From positions 23,022-87,021 of the forward strand of contig CADCMR010000005.1 in assembly GCA_902802585.1 (NCBI GenBank): a stretch of DNA of 64,000 nt, read 5' to 3'. The translations under genes and the position numbers were made by a program. Source of the DNA: an uncultured bacterium (lineage in GTDB: Bacteria > Verrucomicrobiota > Lentisphaeria > Victivallales > UBA1829). A model generated the notes under the pieces. That model saw nothing but the letters and a program-made list of their open reading frames with translations. It had not been told where the DNA came from and did no database searches. Numbering within the stretch: the stretch's first letter is position 1; each line of letters starts with the position of its first letter. Shown here piece after piece: positions 1-7,132 of this stretch.

Positions 1-106
1 GACGAATAAATAACACGGAATTACCGGTTTTTTCTTTAAAACCTATTGCAACCGCTTTTTTTTCCGGAAAACCCTGTTTTTTTCCGAGTTTTTGACGATT
101 TGCTAT

Positions 107-134
107 TTGCATTTCACAAGAAATCCGGTATAAT
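107..134 (+). promoter_or_regulatory. sigma70-like promoter (TTGCAT-N16-TATAAT) upstream of pilin-like gene
   Basis: The hexamers were read directly in an AT-rich intergenic region about 100 nt upstream of the ATG at 238. Confidence 0.4.
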
Positions 135-237
135 ATATAGTGCGTGTAGTTTCCCGCGCAGGGATGCACGCCCGAAACCCGACAACATACGACATAACAT
201 ACCAATAATACAAAACAAATCGAAAGGTAAGCTCAAA

Positions 238-1092
238 ATGAAACACCGCAACCAGGCGTTTACCCTCATCGAGCTGCTGGTCGTCATCTGCATCATCGCG
301 ATCCTGGCGTCCATGCTGCTGCCCGCTCTGCAGAGTGCACGAGAAAGCGCCAGCACCGCGACCTGCCTCAGCAACCTCGGTCAGTTCTCCAAGGCGTACC
401 AGATGTATGCAACGGGTTACAACGATTTCATGCCCGCGCTCACGACTCCGCAAACCGGATCTCAGTGCACCTGGGAAAACGCTTTGATTGACGCCCTCGG
501 ACAGGACAGAAACAATTCTCCGTTCAGAAACTCCTTCTTCTGCGACGCCGACGCCTCCAGCGAGACCGCCGCGGCGGGCGGCAACAAGAAGTCCTACAGC
601 CTCAACAACCTGCAGGAAGCCATCCATCCGCGCATCCCGAAGACGCTCGGTCCCAACGGCAAGGAAGCCACTGACGGCGGCAACAAGGGCTACATCAGCG
701 GCAACAAGACGACCGCCGTCCATACCGCCTCCGCCCTGATTATCATCGGCGAAAACGTTTCCGAAGGCAACAACATCGGCAACGCCAAGTTCTCCAAGAC
801 CGACTTCAACAGTCCCGGCTCCGCCAGCTCCGTCCACCAGCAGGTCGCCATCGTCAAGCGTTACACCTCCCACAATACCGCGGGCGAGCTCTATCTCGAC
901 GGCCATGCCAAGCATATGAAGCCGCAGCAGACCCTCCCGAGCAAGGAAGGTCTCCTCATCTCCAAGAAGACCTCCTACAGCGACACCAACCCGACTGGCT
1001 GCGCCACCCTCGGCATCGGCGACTGGACCGACTGCCCGAAGCGCAAAGTCGGTCAGGATTGCAGCGATCCGGATACCTGCCACAAGAAATAA
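238..1092 (+). CDS. prepilin-type N-terminal cleavage/methylation domain protein (type II secretion pseudopilin-like, DUF1559/H-X9-DG-like family)
   Basis: The internal ATG at 238 gives [31 protein letters not shown], a classic class III signal/methylation motif. A C-terminal [12 protein letters not shown] resembles the H-X9-DG motif but has 8 spacer residues. The track ORF from 46 is an upstream extension. Confidence 0.85.
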   Translation: MKHRNQAFTLIELLVVICIIAILASMLLPALQSARESASTATCLSNLGQFSKAYQMYATGYNDFMPALTTPQTGSQCTWENALIDALGQDRNNSPFRNSFFCDADASSETAAAGGNKKSYSLNNLQEAIHPRIPKTLGPNGKEATDGGNKGYISGNKTTAVHTASALIIIGENVSEGNNIGNAKFSKTDFNSPGSASSVHQQVAIVKRYTSHNTAGELYLDGHAKHMKPQQTLPSKEGLLISKKTSYSDTNPTGCATLGIGDWTDCPKRKVGQDCSDPDTCHKK

Positions 1093-1122
1093 TCTTCCGG
1101 CATCATCCATACGCATCTTCAG

Positions 1123-1157
1123 GCGGTTCCGAGTCATCCTCGGAGCCGCTTTTTTTC
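1123..1157 (+). terminator. rho-independent terminator
   Basis: GCGGTTCCGAG-tcatc-CTCGGAGCCGC forms an 11-bp stem with one G-U pair, followed by TTTTTTT. Confidence 0.7.
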
Positions 1158-1309
1158 CCTTCATGGCGGGAGGGAAAGCCGGGCAGATAAAACCTCGGCC
1201 CCCCATGGATTCAGGCTGCGCGGGAAAGCTTCCGGACATACGCATCCGCGCTTTTTTCAGCGCACTCCTTCTATGAACAAAAAAGTTGAAAAATCATTGG
1301 AACTGTAGC

Positions 1310-1337
1310 TTGATTTTTATATTGCGTGTGATATAGT
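1310..1337 (+). promoter_or_regulatory. sigma70-like promoter (TTGATT-N16-TATAGT)
   Basis: The hexamers were read directly. The site lies about 135 nt upstream of the ATG at 1472. Confidence 0.5.
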
Positions 1338-1344
1338 ATAGCAA

Positions 1345-1471
1345 ATAAGAGAACCCGCGGCCGCATGAAGCGGCTGTAGGGGATGCAGAAGCATCCTGCC
1401 ACGGATTCTACAGCAACACTTGAACCAAGTTGCCTTAAGACGAGGCAACGATTCCATGAAAGGAACACAAA
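1345..1471 (+). promoter_or_regulatory. structured 5' leader (candidate cis-regulatory RNA)
   Basis: Consecutive hairpins are visible: GCCGC-atgaa-GCGGC (1360-1374), CTGTAG...CTACAG (1374-1413) enclosing GGATGC-agaa-GCATCC (1381-1396), and GTTGCC-ttaagacga-GGCAAC (1429-1449). An AGGA ribosome-binding site follows. Confidence 0.3.
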
Positions 1472-1825
1472 ATGGCTTGTTTCACCGCTCCCCTCGCCGC
1501 CGCAATCGCAGCCGGACTCGCCCGCCGCACCGTCAAGGACACCGGCTCCACGGACACCATCAGCTGGGCCACGAAGCTCGGCTGGCTCGAAAAACTTTCC
1601 TTCGGCGGATGCGCCCTGCTCGCGTTCGAGCACATCTGGCACGGCGAGATCATCTTCCAGTTCCCGTTCCTGACCGGCGTCCGCGACGGCAACACCGCGG
1701 AAGTCCTGCGCGAGATCGCCACGGTCGGCGGCGCCATGACGGCGCTGATTCTCGCCGTCTGGATCGGGATGCTGATCGTCAGCTCCGCCATCGTCAAGCG
1801 CAAAACCGCCGTTGCAGAAGGATAA
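1472..1825 (+). CDS. small hydrophobic membrane protein, function unknown
   Basis: 117-aa ORF with an AGGA ribosome-binding site 9 nt upstream. It has hydrophobic N- and C-terminal segments and sits co-directionally 55 nt upstream of the AKR gene. Confidence 0.55.
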   Translation: MACFTAPLAAAIAAGLARRTVKDTGSTDTISWATKLGWLEKLSFGGCALLAFEHIWHGEIIFQFPFLTGVRDGNTAEVLREIATVGGAMTALILAVWIGMLIVSSAIVKRKTAVAEG

Positions 1826-1880
1826 CATTCTCGTCGTTGTTCCAGGAACTTAAACTCCAATAACATCCGAGGTTTTGAAT

Positions 1881-3395
1881 ATGAATCGAAGAGAGTTTCT
1901 GAAAGGCGCGGCCGCGCTCACCACGCTCGGCGCCCTGTCCCATCTTGCGGCGCAGACCGGCATCGCTCCGGCGACCGATGCGAAGTCGTCCGAACCTGCG
2001 AAGGAAGGCGATGCCTCCACGAAGAAGATTACCCGCCGCAAATACAAGAAGACCGACCTTACCGTGCCCCTCCTCGGGTACGGCTTGATGCGCCTCCCGC
2101 AGAAGAACGGCAAGATCGACCGCGAGGAAGCGCAGAAACTCGTCGACACTGCCATGGCGGCCGGGCTGAACTACTTCGACACCGCCCAGCCGTACCACAA
2201 CGGCGAAAGCCAGCAGTTCATCGGCGAGGCGATGAAGAAGTACAAACGCGATTCCTACCTCCTCGCCACCAAGCTCCCGCTCTGGTCCCTCCGCAACGCG
2301 GCAGAAGCCGAGACCATCTTCAAGGGTCAGCTTGAGGCGTGCAAGACCGAGTATTTTGATTTCTATCTGATGCATGCGTTCAACGCGAACAGCTTCCGCA
2401 ACTACGAAAATCTCAAACTCTACGATTATTTCAAGAAGCAGAAAGACGCCGGAGTAATCAAGCATCTCGGTTTCTCTTTCCACGATTCCGCGCAGGCTCT
2501 TGAACCCATCGTCAACGCGCACGAATGGGATTTCGTTCAGATCCAGCTCAATTTCGTCGACTGGGACAACCAGACCAACGCCAAGCGCATGTATGAGTTC
2601 CTGACCTCGAAGGACATCCCCGTTGTCATCATGGAGCCCCTCCAGGGCGGTCGTCTCGCCAACCTCACACCCGCGGCCGTCGAGGTCCTCAAGAAAGCCG
2701 ATCCAAAGGCCACTCCTGCCTCCTGGGCGTTCCGTTATGCCGCCTCGCTCCCGAACGTGCTCACGGTCCTCAGCGGCATGACCACGATGGAAGTGCTGAA
2801 GGAAAACATTGAGACCTTCACGGATTTCAAGCCGCTGACCGACGCCGAGCGCAAGGTGCTCGACGAGGCGCGCGACGTGTATCTGGGGGTCTCCAAGAGC
2901 CGTGTCCCCTGCACGACCTGCAGATACTGCGTCAATGAATGTCCGGTCAAGATTGAGATTCCCGCGGTCTTCACCGCCTGGAACGACTTCTGCGAAAAGA
3001 AGGACGAGGCCGCGTTCAAGGAAGCCTATAACAAGCTTTCGGTCAAGGCAAGCGCCTGCATCGGATGCCGCCGCTGCGTCAGAAGATGCCCGCAGCAGAT
3101 CGACATCCCGACCGAACTCCGCAAGATCGCGCAGGCCGCGGGCGACAATGCCGGCGGCGGTCGCGGCGGTCGCGGCGGCGGCATGGGCGGCTTTGGCGGC
3201 GGTCAGCGTCCCGGCGGCCAGGGCGGCGGCATGGGCGGTTTCGGCGGCGGTCAGCGTCCCGGCGGCCAAGGAGGTATGGGCGGCTTTGGCGGCTTTGGCG
3301 GCGGTCAGCGTCCCGGCGGCCAGGGCGGCTTTGGCGGCATGGGCGGCGGTCAGCGTCCCGGCGGCCAAGGCGGCTTCGGCGGCGGCAACCGCTGA
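1881..3395 (+). CDS. Tat-exported aldo/keto reductase with C-terminal 2x[4Fe-4S] ferredoxin domain and Gly-rich repeat tail
   Basis: Twin-arginine signal MNRREFLKGAAAL. AKR-like core (GYGLMRLP, YLMHAF). Two CxxCxxCxxxCP motifs (CTTCRYCVNECP, CIGCRRCVRRCP). The tail carries 4 copies of GGGQRPGGQGG. Confidence 0.9.
   Translation: MNRREFLKGAAALTTLGALSHLAAQTGIAPATDAKSSEPAKEGDASTKKITRRKYKKTDLTVPLLGYGLMRLPQKNGKIDREEAQKLVDTAMAAGLNYFDTAQPYHNGESQQFIGEAMKKYKRDSYLLATKLPLWSLRNAAEAETIFKGQLEACKTEYFDFYLMHAFNANSFRNYENLKLYDYFKKQKDAGVIKHLGFSFHDSAQALEPIVNAHEWDFVQIQLNFVDWDNQTNAKRMYEFLTSKDIPVVIMEPLQGGRLANLTPAAVEVLKKADPKATPASWAFRYAASLPNVLTVLSGMTTMEVLKENIETFTDFKPLTDAERKVLDEARDVYLGVSKSRVPCTTCRYCVNECPVKIEIPAVFTAWNDFCEKKDEAAFKEAYNKLSVKASACIGCRRCVRRCPQQIDIPTELRKIAQAAGDNAGGGRGGRGGGMGGFGGGQRPGGQGGGMGGFGGGQRPGGQGGMGGFGGFGGGQRPGGQGGFGGMGGGQRPGGQGGFGGGNR
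3160..3392 (+). repeat. imperfect 45-54 bp coding tandem repeat (Gly-rich tail)
   Basis: The core ggtcagcgtcccggcggcca recurs at 3201, 3249, 3303 and 3348. Confidence 0.9.
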
Positions 3396-3546
3396 TTCGT
3401 CCTCCTCTTGTTGAAATTCCGTGCCGCACGCAATGCCGTCTGTCCCAGCGAGGCAAATCCAGGCTTCGCATCCTGACAGACGTATGTGGGTGCGGATTCC
3501 AAAATGGACTGTCTGATGTTCCGTGCACCGGACAGGTCCCAGAAAA

Positions 3547-3583
3547 AGCTCTCCGGCTCTTTTGCTGGCTGGAGGGCTTTTTC
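3547..3583 (+). terminator. rho-independent terminator
   Basis: AGCTCTCCGGCT-loop-GGCTGGAGGGCT forms a stem of about 12 bp (with G-U pairs), followed by TTTTCT. Confidence 0.55.
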
Positions 3584-3819
3584 TCATACTCTGTGTTCCT
3601 GCGACGAACGATGCGATAAAAAACGGACTTTCTTCGCCCCTCCGCTTGCTTTTCTTTCCTTAGAATGGTAAATTATTACGGTATTTTTTTCCATTCGTTG
3701 AACGAGAGGCGGAAAAAAGTATGAAAACGGGCTCTTTTGCGCGGGGCGTCGAACCGCGCAAACTGTGTTCCGCACCGGGGCGTCCCGGAATCCGCCTCTG
3801 CCCTGCAGATACGTGAAAG

Positions 3820-5403
3820 GTGGTCCGGGTGTTTCGTCATAAATTGTCCTCCGCGGAATGGATGCTGCTCGCCGCGATCTTGGTCGGTGTGTCCATTTCG
3901 CTGACGCATCTGATCTTTTTCAACGGGATCGCCTACCGCGACACTGCGAACGTGTATGCTGCGATGTTGCGCTCGCTCGTGTCCGGCGCGTACTCCGACG
4001 CGTTTCACCCGTCGATTCCGTCGCTGAACGTGCTTTTTGCGCGAATCTTCACGTTGTGCGGCATGGAACCGGAGAGGGCGTTGTCGGCGGTGTCGTGCGT
4101 CTTCTTCGTCGCGACGATCCCGTTCGTGTATCTTCTGCTGAAACAGTTCCTGCCTGCCGAACCCGCGGCGTTCGGGGCGATGCTTTTCACCTGCGCGCCG
4201 AAGGCTATCCGTTTCTTGTGCGCCGGACTGCTGGATTCCGGCAAAGTCTTCTTCCTGGTCGCCGCCCTGTTTTTCTCGTGCCGCCTGGTCCGGGAGAAAT
4301 TCCGTGCGTTCGGAATGGCGGTCGGATTCGGTCTGGCGCTGGGCGGGCTGTCTCTCGTCCGGAGCGAGGGGATCGGCAACGCGTGCGTTTTGTTCGGCTT
4401 CACTGCGCTCTTCTGGCTGTGGGACGCGTGGCGGGAAAAACGAGTTCTTCCGGTCCTGCCTCTGCTGGCGACGGTCGCGACGTGGACGCTCGCCCTGTTA
4501 AGCCGCGCCTGGATCAACTGGCATTTCCGCGGGCGGTTCATTTACGACGGACGCCTTCATGACGGTCTGAGCCAGTTGTTCGGGGCGGTCCCGCATCCTT
4601 CGGAACCGTCAACTGTCCCCTTGGAGGAGCAGGAAAGCGCGCTGTCCGGCTGGCTGGAGCTGATCCGCAAGAACATCGTCGGGAACTATGAACTCTACTT
4701 CGGATTCGCGGTCGCGGGCATGGTCCTGCTGGTCCTCGCCGTTTACGGACGGCGCCGCTCCGCTTCCCATGCGCAGGCGTCCGGCGCGCACAACCTGACG
4801 GACTATTTGTGGCCGGGGCGTGCCGTACCGGATTATCTGAAATGGGATCCCTTTTTCCTGGTCCTGGTCGCGAGCGTGATATGCAACGCTTTGATCTTCA
4901 AACTGTCGCATCTCGATACATACCGTTATTTCCTGCTGAACATCCCGCTGTTCATGGTGTTTACGGTCATTACCTGCTGGTGGTTCTGGAGCTGGGCTGT
5001 GAAACTCCTGCCGCGTCCGCTCCTCGGAATCGCGCTCGCCGCGGTCGTTTTCGTCCTGGCGCTGCAGGTCCGCAACGGCGTCGACAATCTTTTTTCCGGG
5101 GATACGCGCATGCCGGTCCGGTCCGGGCTTGCTGTGGGCGAAATCATGCGCGCGGAAAAGCCGGACGGCAGGGTTTTCTTCTGGTACGCGTGCATCGAAT
5201 GGTATTACTCCGGAATGAAACGTGCGATCCCGATCGAAACGCCGCCTCCGGATTGCCGGACCTTTGCCGATTTCGATTTTTTCCTGGTACGCAAGGACGA
5301 GGACGAAATCCTGCCCGTCATTGAGGCGCGCACCGATCTGCGGGAGATGCCGCTTCCGCTGGAAAGCACCGTCCGTCTGTTCCGTAAAGTCGAGGAGGAA
5401 TGA
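3820..5403 (+). CDS. polytopic membrane protein, GT-C fold glycosyltransferase-like (ArnT/PMT family 39/83-like)
   Basis: 527-aa ORF with many hydrophobic helices. The first loop, YRDTANVY...HPSIPSL, resembles the GT-C acidic loop/HPPL region. GTG start at 3820, alternative ATG at 3862. A GtrB/ArnC-like GT2 gene follows directly. Confidence 0.6.
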   Translation: MVRVFRHKLSSAEWMLLAAILVGVSISLTHLIFFNGIAYRDTANVYAAMLRSLVSGAYSDAFHPSIPSLNVLFARIFTLCGMEPERALSAVSCVFFVATIPFVYLLLKQFLPAEPAAFGAMLFTCAPKAIRFLCAGLLDSGKVFFLVAALFFSCRLVREKFRAFGMAVGFGLALGGLSLVRSEGIGNACVLFGFTALFWLWDAWREKRVLPVLPLLATVATWTLALLSRAWINWHFRGRFIYDGRLHDGLSQLFGAVPHPSEPSTVPLEEQESALSGWLELIRKNIVGNYELYFGFAVAGMVLLVLAVYGRRRSASHAQASGAHNLTDYLWPGRAVPDYLKWDPFFLVLVASVICNALIFKLSHLDTYRYFLLNIPLFMVFTVITCWWFWSWAVKLLPRPLLGIALAAVVFVLALQVRNGVDNLFSGDTRMPVRSGLAVGEIMRAEKPDGRVFFWYACIEWYYSGMKRAIPIETPPPDCRTFADFDFFLVRKDEDEILPVIEARTDLREMPLPLESTVRLFRKVEEE

Positions 5404-5406
5404 TCC

Positions 5407-6300
5407 ATGGATTCATCGCTGACAATCGTCGTGCCGTGCTACAACGAGGCGGAAAACATTCCCGCCGTCTTCCCGCCGCTGCTGGCGTTCGCGAAGGAGC
5501 GCGGCTGGCGCGTGATCGCGGTGGACGACGGTTCGCGCGACGACACGCATAATCTGCTCCTGAAAATGCAGGAAGCCGCGCCGCATCTGGCGGTGCTCCG
5601 CCATAAGCTCAACCGGGGCTACGGCGCCGCCACCAAGACCGGACTCCGCGCCGTGGAGACGGAATACGCGATTACGATCGACGCGGACGGACAGCACCGC
5701 CTGGAGGACGTGGAGAAGTGTTTCCGCCGGATCGTGGAGACCGATGCCGACCTGGTGGTCGGCGAGCGCGTCAACAACGAATCCGGCGGCTACCGCACGC
5801 TCGGCAAGTGGGTGATCCGTTCGTTCGCCTCCATGCTGCTGAGCCTGCCTGTCCGCGACCTCAATTCCGGCATGAAATGCTACCGGATGGGCGAGGCGGT
5901 CTCGTATCTGGACCTCTGCCCGGACACGATGGCGTTCAGTGACGTGATCCTGCTCCTGATGGTGAACGACCGGAAACTGGTCTCCCGGACGGAGATCGAA
6001 GTCGCGCCCCGCCTCGCCGGGAAGAGCTCGATCGGCACGCGGACCGCGCTGGTCACGCTGGCGGAGATCCTGAACCTGGCGATCCTGCTGCGTCCGATGA
6101 CGACGTTCTTCCGGATCGCCCTGACGTTCGTCCTGCTCGGGCTGGCGTGGGGCGTGTTCATCTACTGCAAATCGCGGACGGTCACGTCGGCGTCGGTCAT
6201 GCTGATCATGCTCGGCGCGGTGAGCTTCATTCTCGGGCTGCTGGGCGAACAGCTGGCGCAGATCCGGAAAACCCTGGCGAGACGGAACCATGGTCGCTGA
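5407..6300 (+). CDS. GT2 polyprenyl-phosphate glycosyltransferase (GtrB/ArnC/DPM1-like)
   Basis: Motifs VVPCYNEAENI, AVDDGSRDDT and TIDADGQH (DxD), plus two C-terminal TM helices typical of bactoprenol-phosphate sugar synthases. Confidence 0.85.
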   Translation: MDSSLTIVVPCYNEAENIPAVFPPLLAFAKERGWRVIAVDDGSRDDTHNLLLKMQEAAPHLAVLRHKLNRGYGAATKTGLRAVETEYAITIDADGQHRLEDVEKCFRRIVETDADLVVGERVNNESGGYRTLGKWVIRSFASMLLSLPVRDLNSGMKCYRMGEAVSYLDLCPDTMAFSDVILLLMVNDRKLVSRTEIEVAPRLAGKSSIGTRTALVTLAEILNLAILLRPMTTFFRIALTFVLLGLAWGVFIYCKSRTVTSASVMLIMLGAVSFILGLLGEQLAQIRKTLARRNHGR

Positions 6301-7132
6301 CCGGGACACCGCACCAAACGTCGCAATGGTCATGCCGGTGTACAACGCCGGACGGTTCCTGCGCGAATGCCTGGATTCTGTTTTCGCCCAGACGTTCCGC
6401 GACTTCATCCTGATCGTGTGCGACGACGGCAGCAGCGACGAAAGCCCGCGGATTCTGGCGGAGTACGCTGCGCGCGACAGCCGCCTGCGGATCCTGACCA
6501 ACCATGAAAACCTCGGGATCCCGTTGACCCGCAACAAACTTCTGGCGGCGGTCCCGCCGGAATGCGAATATATTGCGATCATGGATTCGGACGACATCTG
6601 CAAGCCGGACCGGCTGGAACGGCAGTTGAAGTTCCTGTCGGACCACCCGGAGCTCTGCGGAGTCGGTTCGTCGCTGGAGATCATCGACGAATATTCGCGT
6701 ACGACCGGATTCCGCTGCTACCCCGTTTCGCCGGAGGAGATCCGCCTCACCATGCCGGACCGCAACGTCATTTCGCAGTCGTCGCTGATGCTGCGCCGCG
6801 CCGCGATCGAAAGCGTGGGCGGTTACCGGACCGGATTCGACTGCTGCGAGGACTACGACTGCTGGCTCCGGATGCTCGAACAATACGACTTCGCGAACCT
6901 GCCGGACCCGGTGCTGAAATACAGGATGTCGCCGGCGCAGTCCAAGCAGCGCAAACTCCGCCTCACACTCCGCAATACGTTGAGGATACAACGCGACTAC
7001 CGGACCCGTACGCATTCCTGGACATTCCGGTCGAGGCTGCGGGCGTTCGCCGGGCATGTCCTGCTCTGTCTGCCGCCGCCGCTGGTCCTGAAACTGTTCG
7101 AGCTGATGACCTACCGGAAGGAGCAGGCATGA
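6290..7132 (+). CDS. GT2 family glycosyltransferase
   Basis: Motifs VMPVYNAGRFL, CDDGSSDES and MDSDDI. The start overlaps the previous stop by 11 nt. Confidence 0.85.
   Translation: MVADRDTAPNVAMVMPVYNAGRFLRECLDSVFAQTFRDFILIVCDDGSSDESPRILAEYAARDSRLRILTNHENLGIPLTRNKLLAAVPPECEYIAIMDSDDICKPDRLERQLKFLSDHPELCGVGSSLEIIDEYSRTTGFRCYPVSPEEIRLTMPDRNVISQSSLMLRRAAIESVGGYRTGFDCCEDYDCWLRMLEQYDFANLPDPVLKYRMSPAQSKQRKLRLTLRNTLRIQRDYRTRTHSWTFRSRLRAFAGHVLLCLPPPLVLKLFELMTYRKEQA

Noticed and set aside
46-237. N-terminal extensions of track ORFs: 46-237, 6562-7128, 13264-13344, 25406-25747, 27802-28227, 28094-28144, 33297-33386 and 57708-58490.
   Set aside because: In each case an internal ATG with a ribosome-binding site, or start/stop coupling, gives the canonical N-terminus (signal peptide or family-typical start). 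The extension either overlaps a neighbouring gene or runs through promoter or AT-rich sequence.
3160-3392. Tandem repeats considered as a possible CRISPR-like or satellite array.
   Set aside because: The repeats are in-frame coding sequence for the Gly-rich tail of the AKR gene. They are contiguous with no unique spacers, and no cas genes are present.
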